Positions 20,197 to 31,805 of a stretch of 33,454 nucleotides of DNA are shown one piece after another. How positions within the stretch are numbered: position 1 is the stretch's first letter; each line of letters starts with the position of its first letter. A program made the translations under genes and the position numbers. Where the stretch lies: NCBI GenBank assembly GCA_044226625.1, contig JBGAGQ010000069.1, positions 1 through 33,454 on the forward strand, written 5' to 3'. Source of the DNA: Thermoanaerobaculia bacterium. GTDB lineage: Bacteria; Acidobacteriota; Thermoanaerobaculia; Multivoradales; UBA5704. The notes under the pieces were generated by a model. It searched no databases and was not told the DNA's origin. It worked only from the letters and a program-made list of their open reading frames with translations.

Positions 20197-20449
20197 CTTT
20201 GCCTCCGTCAGCGGGCGGCGACGAGCGCCAGCCCGCAGGTCCGGACCGGCTCCAAGTCGACCGTTCGACCCACCTACCCGGTCCCTCACCGGCCCCGAGC
20301 GCCCCCTCGTGAAAGGGAGGCCCGGGGTCCGCGCCGTGGCACATCCAGGAATCCGCCGTCGTGAGATCTCCGATCTCGAACGCGCGAGGACCCGACCGCC
20401 GGGCGCCCTGAACATGATCGCTTCGATGTGATCGAAAGAACGAAGACCT

Positions 20450-22684
<2,235 letters not shown>

Positions 22685-22731
22685 GGACTTCTGAAATCCG
22701 GGGTGATCGGCTCCGGATCGCGGTGACTCGG

Positions 22732-22759
22732 AAAGGGCGCGGTTTTGCCGCGCCCTTTT
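22732..22759 (+). terminator. Rho-independent terminator after pnp
   Basis: AAAGGGCGCGG-ttttg-CCGCGCCCTTTT. Confidence 0.85.
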
Positions 22760-22819
22760 GCTATTCCCGCATTGCGCTTGCGCCAACAGCCTCGAAAGTC
22801 CATGGTGTACGATTCGCGC

Positions 22820-23914
22820 ATGCTGACCCGCCTCTTCGCCGACAACTTTCGCGCTCTGGTCAATTTCGAGCTGCGACCGGGCACTTTAAGCCTCTTTCTC
22901 GGGGAAAACGGCAGTGGAAAGACCAGCGTTTTCAACGCGCTCGGAAGCCTGCGCGATCTAGTGGTCCTAGGGTTACCTGCCTCCGACCTCTTTCAGTTCA
23001 CCCGTACCTCGTGGGACAAGAGAGACGTTCAGCGGTTCGAACTGGATTTCCGTAGCGAAGGCAATACCCTTCGCTACGCACTTGACGTTCAGCACTCTCC
23101 CGACAAGCCCCCCTTCCTGCGCTCGGAGTCTGTGGAGCTCGATGGTGAACCGCTTTTTCGTTTCGCCAACGGCGAAGTGCGCCTCTATTACGACGATGGT
23201 TCTCGGGGACCCTCATTTCCTTTCCGCTCCGACCAGTCGTACCTGGTCAACTTACGGGACTCCAAGCCTGGACGTATGGGGAGGTTGGGGCGATTCCTCG
23301 AGCTCATCGCGGGAATTCAGATTTTTCAGCCCAACCCTTTCGCTATGACGCCCGCCTCAGAACGCGACCAGGATTTTCTGGTTCGAAATGGGTCTAATTT
23401 CCCTGCATTCTTCGATCACATCAATGACGTCGATCCAACGGCACGTCAGGCACTGGAGGAAGACCTCCGGCAAGCGTTGCCCGGGTTCCGAAGCTTTCGT
23501 TTCGATCGCTTTGGAGCCATACATTCAAAGGTACTCCTTGCGGTGTTCGACGATCCGCAGCAGGGCGAATATGTGTTGCCTCAACTGTCTGAAGGGCAGA
23601 GGGTCCTTGCGGTCCTCTATGCGGCTCTTCGCGGTCTCGTTCGAAAAGACTCCCTAATCTGTTTCGACGAACCGGACAATTTCGTCGCCCTAACTGAGAT
23701 TCAACCTTGGCTCCAGGCGCTCCGCGACGCTCTCGCCGAAGTTGGTGCACAGTCGATGATCATCTCGCACCATCCGGAGGTCATCGACTATCTCGCGCTT
23801 GACTCCCTCTGGCGCTTCGAGCGGCCTCAAGGAGCGGTCATCGCCCGTCCGTACGAGCAACCCACCGGCGAGCCCGAGCTTCGACTTTCCGAGCTCCTCG
23901 CCCGCGGCGCCTGA
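22820..23914 (+). CDS. ABC-type (AAA_21 / SMC-RecF-like) ATPase
   Basis: NFRAL start, Walker A GENGSGKT, signature LSEGQ, Walker B/D-loop LICFDEPDN, H-loop IISHHP; no TM segments. Confidence 0.88.
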   Translation: MLTRLFADNFRALVNFELRPGTLSLFLGENGSGKTSVFNALGSLRDLVVLGLPASDLFQFTRTSWDKRDVQRFELDFRSEGNTLRYALDVQHSPDKPPFLRSESVELDGEPLFRFANGEVRLYYDDGSRGPSFPFRSDQSYLVNLRDSKPGRMGRLGRFLELIAGIQIFQPNPFAMTPASERDQDFLVRNGSNFPAFFDHINDVDPTARQALEEDLRQALPGFRSFRFDRFGAIHSKVLLAVFDDPQQGEYVLPQLSEGQRVLAVLYAALRGLVRKDSLICFDEPDNFVALTEIQPWLQALRDALAEVGAQSMIISHHPEVIDYLALDSLWRFERPQGAVIARPYEQPTGEPELRLSELLARGA

Positions 23915-23920
23915 CCCTGT

Positions 23921-24475
23921 ATGCCGGTCAAGTTCCGTTGCGAGTTGCTCTGCGAGGACTCGGCCCAGGAGCAATTCTTCCGTCCGATCCTGGAACGGCT
24001 CTTCCGTCGCGTCCGCGTTTCGCCACGGAGGACCACCGGCGGATTCACCTTCGTGCTCGAGCAAGCCGTGCGATCGGCGGCATACATCAGCCGGTACCGG
24101 CAGGAAGCCGTCGGTCTATTGATCGTTATCGATGGGGATCCACATGGTCAGGCTCAAAGGCGTCAACAGATCGTCGAACGGCTAGCCGCAAAAGGCCTCG
24201 ATTTCAAACTTCTTCGCGAGAACCTGGGAATCTGCGTTCCCACAAGGAACGTCGAAACGTGGATGCTCTGGTTCCAAGGTCGTCGAGACCTCGATGAGGT
24301 GACGGACTACAAACACAGGGTCGATCGGGCGATCCGACCCAGCGAGATCTTCAAATGGTGGCTCGGCGAGCTTTCGGCGGAGGAGCAAGAGGTGGAGAGA
24401 AAGCGCCTACCGGCGCTCGCCGATGGCCGAAAGGAGATCGATCGGTTGGCTCAGAAGGCGCACCGGTCTTCGTAG
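23921..24475 (+). CDS. TOPRIM-like hypothetical protein (DUF4276/RloB-like), partner of the ATPase
   Basis: LLCED N-terminal Glu, LIVIDGD DxD motif, PTRNVETW motif; 6 nt downstream of the ATPase. Confidence 0.7.
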   Translation: MPVKFRCELLCEDSAQEQFFRPILERLFRRVRVSPRRTTGGFTFVLEQAVRSAAYISRYRQEAVGLLIVIDGDPHGQAQRRQQIVERLAAKGLDFKLLRENLGICVPTRNVETWMLWFQGRRDLDEVTDYKHRVDRAIRPSEIFKWWLGELSAEEQEVERKRLPALADGRKEIDRLAQKAHRSS

Positions 24476-24499
24476 TCGTTCCGAGCTACACTCCGTCCC

Positions 24500-26008
24500 A
24501 TGAACCCGCTCACCCGCCGCGATTTCGTCGGGGCGACGGCCGTTTCGGCGGCGGCGCTCGCCTTCCCCAGACTCTCGTTCTCCTCGGAAACCCCGGACGG
24601 CATCGCCGCCGAGATCGCACGGCGGCATGGCGAAGGAGTCGCTCGGCTCCAGGAGTGGATTCGCCTTCCCTCGATCGCCGCCGAGAACCGCAACGTCGAA
24701 GAGGGGTGCGCGCACATGATGCGCATCGCCCGTGAGGCCGGGTTCGATCAGGTCGCTCGCGTCGCGACCGACGGCAAGCCCGGGGTGTTCGCGACGCTCG
24801 ACGCCGGGGCGCCGAAAACGGTCGGCCTCTATTTCATGTACGACGTCAAACAGGCCGATCCCGCCGAATGGTCGTCACCTCCGTTCGAGGCGGCGCTCGT
24901 CGACAAGGCCGGTTTCGGCAAGGTCGTGATGGGGCGCGGCGCGGTGAACCAGAAAGGGCCGGAGGCGGCGTTTCTCGCGGCGCTCCACGCGATCCGCGGC
25001 GCCGGCAAGAAGCCGCCGGTGAACCTGGTGCTCGTCGCCGAGGGCGAGGAGGAGATCGGTTCGCCGCACTTTTCGCAGGTGGTTCGCCGCCCGGAGGTAC
25101 GCGCCGCGCTCGAAAAGACGGTCGGCGTCTTCATGCCTTCGGCGGCCCAAGACCCGGACGGCACCGTGACCGTCTCGCTCGGCGCCAAAGGGGTCGTCGA
25201 GCTGGAGCTGGTCGCGAGCGGCGAGCGCTGGGGGCGCGGCCCCAAGAAGGACGTGCATTCGAGCAACCGCGCGCGCCTCGACAGCCCGGCCTTCCATCTC
25301 GTCCAGGCGCTCAACACCTTGGTGAACGCCGACGGCGATCCGGCGATCGACGGATTCGCCGACGCCGCTCGAGCCGCCTCGGCGGAGCAGAAGGCGATCC
25401 TCGACGCCGCCGCCGCGCGGCTCAACGAGGAGACCGCCAAGCGCCTGCTCTCGGCCGACCGCTGGGCGCACGATCTCGCGTGGCGCCCCTCGCTCGAACG
25501 TTTCCTGTTCACACCGACGGTGAACATCGAGGGGCTCGTCGCGGGCTACACCGGCCCAGGCGGCAAGACCGTCCTCCCCCACCGCGCGGTGGCGAAGCTC
25601 GACCTCCGCCTGGTCCCCGACATGACGTTCGACGGCGCGGTCGCCGCGCTCAAGGCGCACCTCGCGAAACGGGGCTTCGGCGACATCGAAGTGAACCCGA
25701 GCGGCGGCTACGACCCGACCAGCACCTCGGCCGACGCCGGGGTGATCCGCGCCCAGCTCGCGGTCTACCGCCGCGCGGGATTCGATCCGATCCTCTGGCC
25801 GAGGAACGCCGGCTCTTACCCGGGCTACGTCTTCACTGCCGAGCCGCTCAAGCTTCCCGCCGGCCATTTCGGCCTGGGACACGGTAGTGGCGCCCATGCG
25901 CCGGACGAATATTTCGTCATCGAGTCGACGAACCCCAAGGTGACGGGCTGGGATGGCGCCGTCCGCTCCTACGTCGACTACCTCTACGAGCTCGCCGCGA
26001 CGGCTTGA
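24500..26008 (+). CDS. M20/M25/M40 family metallohydrolase with Tat signal
   Basis: TRRDFVGA Tat motif; YFMYDVKQ, GRGAVNQKG, EGEEEIGS, DVHS, AHAPDE. Confidence 0.9.
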   Translation: MNPLTRRDFVGATAVSAAALAFPRLSFSSETPDGIAAEIARRHGEGVARLQEWIRLPSIAAENRNVEEGCAHMMRIAREAGFDQVARVATDGKPGVFATLDAGAPKTVGLYFMYDVKQADPAEWSSPPFEAALVDKAGFGKVVMGRGAVNQKGPEAAFLAALHAIRGAGKKPPVNLVLVAEGEEEIGSPHFSQVVRRPEVRAALEKTVGVFMPSAAQDPDGTVTVSLGAKGVVELELVASGERWGRGPKKDVHSSNRARLDSPAFHLVQALNTLVNADGDPAIDGFADAARAASAEQKAILDAAAARLNEETAKRLLSADRWAHDLAWRPSLERFLFTPTVNIEGLVAGYTGPGGKTVLPHRAVAKLDLRLVPDMTFDGAVAALKAHLAKRGFGDIEVNPSGGYDPTSTSADAGVIRAQLAVYRRAGFDPILWPRNAGSYPGYVFTAEPLKLPAGHFGLGHGSGAHAPDEYFVIESTNPKVTGWDGAVRSYVDYLYELAATA

Positions 26009-26021
26009 GGCCATAACTCCC

Positions 26022-26792
26022 ATGACGACGCCCACGATCGACCGCGACCACCTGATCGCCTATCTCGACGAATACCTCGACGCGAAGCGCGGGCGCGACT
26101 ACGGCCCGAACGGACTCCAGGTGGAGGGGCGGCGAGAGATCCGGAAGATCGTCACCGGCGTCTCTGGCTGCCTAGAGCTGTTCGAGCGGGCGCGGGCGGC
26201 GGGGGCGGACGCGATCCTGGTCCATCACGGGATCTTCTGGGACTGGATGCCGCGCGAGCTCACCGGTTTCCACTTCGCCCGCGTAGCCGAGCTGATCCGG
26301 CACGACGTCAACCTGATCGCCTACCACCTGCCGCTCGACCGCCACGGCAAAGTCGGCAACAACGCCGTCGCCGCGCGCGCGTTCGGCCTGGTCGACCTCG
26401 AGCCGTTCGCCCCCCACAACGGCCTGCCGACCGGCTTCAAAGGGCGCTTCCCAGAACCGATCTCGGCCGACGAGCTGGTCGCCCGCTGCACCAAGATCTA
26501 CGGCCAGGCGCCACTCTCCTTCCTCGGCGGTCCAGACCCCGTGCCCACCCTAGGCATCGTCTCCGGCGGCGCGCAGAAAGAGGTCTATGTGGCGCTTGCA
26601 GAGGGGCTTGCCGCTTACATCACGGGAGAGGTTTCGGAGTGGGTGATGAACGTCGCCCGCGAGGCCGGCATCCACTACCTCTCGGCCGGGCACTACGCGA
26701 CCGAGCGGCTGGGGGTGATCGCGCTCGGCGAGCACCTGCGGGAACGATTCGGGTTGGAGGTCGAGTTCATCGACGTTCCGAACCCGGTGTGA
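26022..26792 (+). CDS. Nif3-like dinuclear metal centre hexameric protein (YbgI/DUF34)
   Basis: DYGPNGLQVEG, ILVHHG, AYHLPLDRH, GNN, YITGE, GHYATE, DVPNPV. Confidence 0.93.
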   Translation: MTTPTIDRDHLIAYLDEYLDAKRGRDYGPNGLQVEGRREIRKIVTGVSGCLELFERARAAGADAILVHHGIFWDWMPRELTGFHFARVAELIRHDVNLIAYHLPLDRHGKVGNNAVAARAFGLVDLEPFAPHNGLPTGFKGRFPEPISADELVARCTKIYGQAPLSFLGGPDPVPTLGIVSGGAQKEVYVALAEGLAAYITGEVSEWVMNVAREAGIHYLSAGHYATERLGVIALGEHLRERFGLEVEFIDVPNPV

Positions 26793-26796
26793 GGGA

Positions 26797-27396
26797 TCAA
26801 TCCTCTTCGCTCAGTCGCTCCTCGACTTCACGCCAATACGTCTCGAGATCGAGCCGAATCTCCGGAAGGTTCGCGGATTGATAGATCGGCCCCTCGGGAA
26901 GCACGACCCGGTAATACCCGTCGTGCAGGTCGAGGAACTCGATCTGTCGTCCGGCGATGTCCACGACCCAATACTCCTGTACCCCCGCTTCGGCGTAGAG
27001 ACGAAGCTTTTGAACCCGGTCGGTTCGCGCCGATCCCGGGGAGACCACTTCGACGACTAGATCCGGCGGGCCTTCGGCCCGGGCGCGGACGAGCCTCCTG
27101 CGGGCTGCGGAGAAATAAAGCACGTCCGGCTGCACGACGGAGTGGTCGAACAGCGCAACGTCGAAGGGCGCCGCCACCGCGAGAGCCCGGGTCGGGCGCG
27201 CTAGGCCATCCAGGGCACGCCAGAGCACCAGCGCAGCGATCTGGTGGAGAAGCGAGGGGCTTGGCGACACGTAGAACCTCCCGAAGATCAACTCGCATCG
27301 AGGCGTCTCCGGCAGCTCCTCGTACTCGGCCAATCGATGAGGTCCGAGATCGAACAGCGGAAAGGCCGGCGGGTCGTCGAACAGCGCCAGACTCAT
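26797..27396 (-). CDS. Uma2 family endonuclease
   Basis: ELIFG, PSPSLLHQ, VQPDV, PDLVVEVVSPG, KLRLYAEAGVQEYWVVD. Confidence 0.92.
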   Translation of the reverse strand: MSLALFDDPPAFPLFDLGPHRLAEYEELPETPRCELIFGRFYVSPSPSLLHQIAALVLWRALDGLARPTRALAVAAPFDVALFDHSVVQPDVLYFSAARRRLVRARAEGPPDLVVEVVSPGSARTDRVQKLRLYAEAGVQEYWVVDIAGRQIEFLDLHDGYYRVVLPEGPIYQSANLPEIRLDLETYWREVEERLSEED

Positions 27397-27430
27397 GATT
27401 TAAGTATACCCCCCGCCGCGAGTGGGGTCC

Positions 27431-28204
27431 CTACCCCCGCGCCTTCCCGAACAGCCGGAAGAAGTTCTCCCCCGTACGGCGGCAGGTTTCCTCGTAGGTC
27501 TCGCCGGACTCCTGAGCGAGGCGCTCGGCGATCTCGACTACGAAGGCGGGCCGGTTCGGCTTGCCGCGATAGGGGATCGGCGCGAGGTAGGGCGTATCCG
27601 TCTCCACCAAGGCGCGGTCTTTGGGGAGGAACGGCAGCACCTCGCGGACGTTGTCGGCTTTCGGAAAGGTGATCATGCCCGAGAGGCCGAGCGAAAAGCC
27701 GTGGTCGATCAGCTCGCGGGCCATCTCCGCTCCTCCCGCGTACGAGTGGAAATCGGCGCGGAGCGCGGCAAACTCGGGATCGCGGACGACGTCGAGCATC
27801 GCGTCGTTGCTGTCGCGGTTGTGGACCACGACGGGCAGGTCGAGCTCGCAGGCGAGGCGCCACTGGGCTCGCATCACGCGGTCCTGTACGTCGCGCGGCG
27901 CGTGGTCGTAGTAGAAGTCGAGCCCGCACTCCCCCACGGCCACCGCTTTCGGATCGGCGAGGAGCGACCGGAGCCGCTCCTGGTCCCCCTCCTGCCAGGA
28001 CGCCGCGTCGTGCGGGTGGACGCCGAGGGCGCACCAGACGTCCGGATGCCGATGGCAGAGGGCGAGGATCTCGTCCGCCTGGTCGAGTCGGATCGCGGGT
28101 ACCAGAAAACCGCGGACGCCGCGCTCGCGCGCCTGATCCAACGCGCGCTTGGCCTCGCCCTCACCCTTGAGCGATTGGAGATGGCAGTGCGAATCGATCA
28201 GCAC
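27431..28204 (-). CDS. tatD: TatD family hydrolase
   Basis: IDSHCHL, GVHPH, VGECGLDF, VVHNR, HSY, VETDTPYLAP; follows metG. Confidence 0.94.
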   Translation of the reverse strand: MLIDSHCHLQSLKGEGEAKRALDQARERGVRGFLVPAIRLDQADEILALCHRHPDVWCALGVHPHDAASWQEGDQERLRSLLADPKAVAVGECGLDFYYDHAPRDVQDRVMRAQWRLACELDLPVVVHNRDSNDAMLDVVRDPEFAALRADFHSYAGGAEMARELIDHGFSLGLSGMITFPKADNVREVLPFLPKDRALVETDTPYLAPIPYRGKPNRPAFVVEIAERLAQESGETYEETCRRTGENFFRLFGKARG

Positions 28205-28217
28205 GACGGGTCCGGCC

Positions 28218-30128
28218 TCATTTCACCCTCGTACCCGCCGGAACCGGCTGGATCGGCCGCAGGACCACGGGCTTACCGTCGATCGAGGCGGCGAGCACCA
28301 TCCCCTGCGATTCGATCCCCATCAGCTTTGCGGCCTGGAGGTTCGCCACCACGACGACCTGGCCGCCGACCAGATCCTCCGGCGCGTACGCCTCGGCGAT
28401 TCCGGCGACCACCGTGCGCTGCCTCTCTTCGCCGACGTCGAGGGTGAGCTTCAGGAGCTTCTTCGACTTCGGGACCGCCTCGGCGGCGACGACGTTCGCC
28501 ACCTTGAGCTCGGTCTCGAAGAATTGATCGATCGTGATCATCTTCCGTTCTTCCTTCGTCTCGGCCGCCTCGGTCTTCGGGACCTCGGCGAAATAAGTGG
28601 CTTTGTCGATGCGCGGGAACAGGGGCGGAATCTCGGCGAGCGGCGCCCCGGTCGGCGTGCCGCCCCAGGCGAGCGCGTCGAGGCTCGTCGCCGGAACGTC
28701 CGTTCCCACCGCGGCGAGCACGCGCGCCGCCGCCTTCGGCATGAACGGCAGCAGACCGGTCGCGACGATGCGCACCGCCTCGAGGCCATTCCAGAGCACG
28801 CGCGAGAGGCTCGCTCGCGCCTCCTCCTGCTTGATCAGCTTCCACGGCTCGCGCGCCACGATGTACTGGTTCGCCTCCGCGAGCAGGCGCGCGAGCGCCT
28901 CGAGAGCGCGCGAGAACGCGAAGTCGTCCATCGCCGCGCGATAGTCGGCGGCGACCTGCGCCGCGACCGCGATCAACGGGTTGTCGGTACACGACTCGGG
29001 CGGCGTCCGGTTGTCGAACGCCCGGCGCGACAGCGTCACGACGCGGCTCGCCGTGTTGCCGAGGTCGTTGGCGAGGTCGCTGTTGTACCGGTCGATGAAC
29101 GCCTCGTCGGAGAACGAGGCGTCCTGGCCGAACACCATCTCGCGCAGCAGGAAGTAGCGGAGCGCGTCGGCGCCGAAGCGATCGACCAGCTCGTCGGGGC
29201 GGATCGCGTTGCCCGACGATTTCGAGATCTTCTTGCCGTCGCGCTGCCACCAACCGTGCGCCCAAACCGTCGTCGGCAGCGGCAAACCGGCCGACATCAA
29301 GAACGCGGGCCAGAAGACGGCGTGGAAGCGCAGGATGTCCTTACCCACCAGGTTGATCCGCGTGCCGGAGGGATTGCCCCAGAATCGCTCGTAGAGCGCC
29401 GGATCGGCGCTGCCGAAGCCGAGCGCGGTGACGTAGTTGGTGAGCGCGTCGAGCCAGACGTAGACGGTGTGCCCCGGATGGTCGGGGAACGGAATGCCCC
29501 ACGAGACCGAGGTGCGCGAGACCGATAGATCTTTCAAGCCGGAGGCGACGAACGACCGGACCTCGTTCAAGCGGCTCTCCGGCCGGACGAACTCGGGATG
29601 CCGTTCGTAGAGGTCGAGCAGCGGCTTCTCGAACCGGGAGAGCCGGAAGAACAGGTTCTCCTCCGACTTCCACTCGACGACCTCCTCGTGGACCGGGCAG
29701 CGGTTGCCGGCGAGGAGCTCCTTCTCCGTGTAGAACAGCTCGCACGCCGGGCAGTACCACCCTTCGTGCTTCGCGGTATAGAGGTCGCCGGCCGCCTCGA
29801 TGCGGCGGATGAGCTCGAACACCCCCGCCTTGTGGCGCGCCTCCGAGGTCCGGATGAAGTCGTCGTAGGAAAACTCCATCCGGTCCTTGAGCTCGAAATA
29901 GCGCTTCACCACCCGGTCGGCGAGCGCGATCGGGGCGACCCCCTCCTTCGCCGCCGCCCGCTCGATCTTTTGCCCGTGCTCGTCGGTGCCGGTGAGGAAG
30001 CGAACGTCGTTTCCCGCGAGCCGGCGGTAGCGCGCGATCACGTCGGCGACGATGGTCGTATAGAGATGCCCGATATGAGGCAGATCGTTGACGTAGTAGA
30101 TCGGGGTCGTGACGTAGAACGGTTTCAT
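28218..30128 (-). CDS. metG: Methionine--tRNA ligase with C-terminal tRNA-binding domain
   Basis: YVTTPIYYVN..PHIGH, TGTDEHGQK, YVWLDAL, GKDILRFH, KISKS, LANDLGN, OB-fold with ESQGM. Confidence 0.97.
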   Translation of the reverse strand: MKPFYVTTPIYYVNDLPHIGHLYTTIVADVIARYRRLAGNDVRFLTGTDEHGQKIERAAAKEGVAPIALADRVVKRYFELKDRMEFSYDDFIRTSEARHKAGVFELIRRIEAAGDLYTAKHEGWYCPACELFYTEKELLAGNRCPVHEEVVEWKSEENLFFRLSRFEKPLLDLYERHPEFVRPESRLNEVRSFVASGLKDLSVSRTSVSWGIPFPDHPGHTVYVWLDALTNYVTALGFGSADPALYERFWGNPSGTRINLVGKDILRFHAVFWPAFLMSAGLPLPTTVWAHGWWQRDGKKISKSSGNAIRPDELVDRFGADALRYFLLREMVFGQDASFSDEAFIDRYNSDLANDLGNTASRVVTLSRRAFDNRTPPESCTDNPLIAVAAQVAADYRAAMDDFAFSRALEALARLLAEANQYIVAREPWKLIKQEEARASLSRVLWNGLEAVRIVATGLLPFMPKAAARVLAAVGTDVPATSLDALAWGGTPTGAPLAEIPPLFPRIDKATYFAEVPKTEAAETKEERKMITIDQFFETELKVANVVAAEAVPKSKKLLKLTLDVGEERQRTVVAGIAEAYAPEDLVGGQVVVVANLQAAKLMGIESQGMVLAASIDGKPVVLRPIQPVPAGTRVK

Positions 30129-30155
30129 GGCGTGGCGGCTCCTCAGGGGGCCGGA

Positions 30156-30164
30156 ATCCTACCA
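30156..30164 (-). promoter_or_regulatory. Extended -10 promoter (TG-G-TAGGAT) of metG
   Basis: Motif followed by a short leader containing SD GAGGAG. Confidence 0.5.
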
Positions 30165-30395
30165 GGCTTGGGGCGGGCTCATCCGCCGGCCGTCGCTCGC
30201 TCGTAGACCCGCCGGAGCAGGAGTCCCGCGTTGCACGCCTGTCACATCCGCGTCGTCGCAACGCCCGCACCCGCTTCTATCGTCTTGCCACCTCGCCAGG
30301 AGCGTTCGCGGAGGCCTCGCGCGGCCGGCGCCCGGCGACGTCTCGATCTGCAACTCTGTGTTTCGGAAAGAAACGCTACGAAAAGGAGAGTCGGA

Positions 30396-31715
30396 ATGCG
30401 CAGGAAATCTCTGTTCCGGGCCGCCGTGCTCGCGCTCGTCGCGATCTCGGCCGCCGGCGCGGTCTCGGCCCAGGTCACGGGCCTGTTCTACAAAGAGGTC
30501 GAGCGGGACGGCAGGATCTATGTCTTCAACACGCCCGAGAGGCTCAAGTCCTTCGAGGACTCGGGTGGCGACATCGGCACGGCGATCACCCTCCTCGGGC
30601 GCGGCGAGCACGGCGAAACGCTGGTCGGCGAGAACGAGACCGCGATCGACCTCTATCTCTTCCGGCACAACCTGGAAGCCTACGAGCGTCCGACGCCGAA
30701 ACCGGCGGCGCCCGCCGCCTATCCCTCCTCGAAATTCGGCATCCGGGTCTACGCCGACGTCTCGTCGAAAGAAAACAAGGACGAGGGGACGGGGATCAAG
30801 AGCAACGACAGCGGCGTCGGCGTCGACGTGAAGCGCACCTACTTCACCTTCTCCCACGACTTCGACGCCAAGTGGAGCGCCGTCTTCCAGTCCGACATCG
30901 GCGACCAGGGCGCGCGCCGTTACGACGTCTTCGTCAAGAAGGCGTACGTGCAGTACAAGGTCAACCCGAACGCCCTCTTCCGCCTCGGCGCGGCCGACAC
31001 GCCGTGGATTCCGTTCGTCGAAGGGATCTACGGCCTGCGCTACGTCGAGCAGACGATCACCGACCGCCTGAGCTTCGGCGCCTCGGGCGACTGGGGCCTC
31101 CACTTTGCCGGCAAGGCCCTGGGCGATTCGTTGAACGTCGCCCTGTCGGCGCAGAACGGCCGCGGCTTCTCGAACCCGTCGCGCAGCAAGAACGTCGATT
31201 TCGAAGGGCGCATTTCGTACGCTCCCGTCAAGGGCCTGACGCTCGCCCTCGGCGGCTACAGCGGCAAGCGCGGCCTCGAGACCGACGCGGCGCCGGCCAA
31301 GCACACGGCCACCCGCACCGACGCCCTGGTCGCCTACGGCAACGATAAGTTCAAGATCGGCGGCGAGTGGTTCGAGGCGACGAACTGGAACACCGTGACC
31401 AGCGCCACGAAAGACAAGTCGGACGGCTACTCGGTGTGGGGCTCGTTCGCCGCCACCTCGGCGATCACCGTCTTCGGCAAGTTCGAGGAGGCGAAGCCGA
31501 GCAAGGACCTGAAGCCGCTGCTCAAGGAGAACTACTACAACCTCGGCGTCCAGTACCGCTACAACAAGGCGTTCGCCGGAGCGCTGGTCTACAAGTACGA
31601 CGAGGTGAAGGGCGGTACGGTGAGCACCGGCAACGGCGGCACCGTCGGTTCGACCCGCGCGGGCGCCAAGGGCAAGTTCAACGAGATCGGCATCTACACG
31701 GTGTACGACTTCTAA
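30396..31715 (+). CDS. Outer-membrane porin (OprO/OprP-like beta-barrel) with an extra N-terminal domain
   Basis: SD AAGGAG; Sec signal ending AVSA; VKRTYF, VKKAYVQY, NGRGFSNP alternating beta-strands; C-terminal YDF beta-signal. Confidence 0.75.
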   Translation: MRRKSLFRAAVLALVAISAAGAVSAQVTGLFYKEVERDGRIYVFNTPERLKSFEDSGGDIGTAITLLGRGEHGETLVGENETAIDLYLFRHNLEAYERPTPKPAAPAAYPSSKFGIRVYADVSSKENKDEGTGIKSNDSGVGVDVKRTYFTFSHDFDAKWSAVFQSDIGDQGARRYDVFVKKAYVQYKVNPNALFRLGAADTPWIPFVEGIYGLRYVEQTITDRLSFGASGDWGLHFAGKALGDSLNVALSAQNGRGFSNPSRSKNVDFEGRISYAPVKGLTLALGGYSGKRGLETDAAPAKHTATRTDALVAYGNDKFKIGGEWFEATNWNTVTSATKDKSDGYSVWGSFAATSAITVFGKFEEAKPSKDLKPLLKENYYNLGVQYRYNKAFAGALVYKYDEVKGGTVSTGNGGTVGSTRAGAKGKFNEIGIYTVYDF

Positions 31716-31743
31716 GACAGGGAAAGCCAGTGCAGGGCGCAAG

Positions 31744-31774
31744 GGGGAGGCCGGCCGGCCTCCCCTCTTTCTTT
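31744..31774 (+). terminator. Rho-independent terminator after the porin
   Basis: GGGGAGGCCG-gc-CGGCCTCCCC followed by TCTTTCTTT. Confidence 0.85.
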
Positions 31775-31805
31775 GCGGCGAGAAAAGGGGATCCCCCGAA
31801 CCAGA

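Noticed and set aside
26797-28204. Uma2 + TatD as a defence pair
   Set aside because: metG-tatD is a conserved housekeeping arrangement, and Uma2 has its own promoter and is commonly scattered as paralogs.
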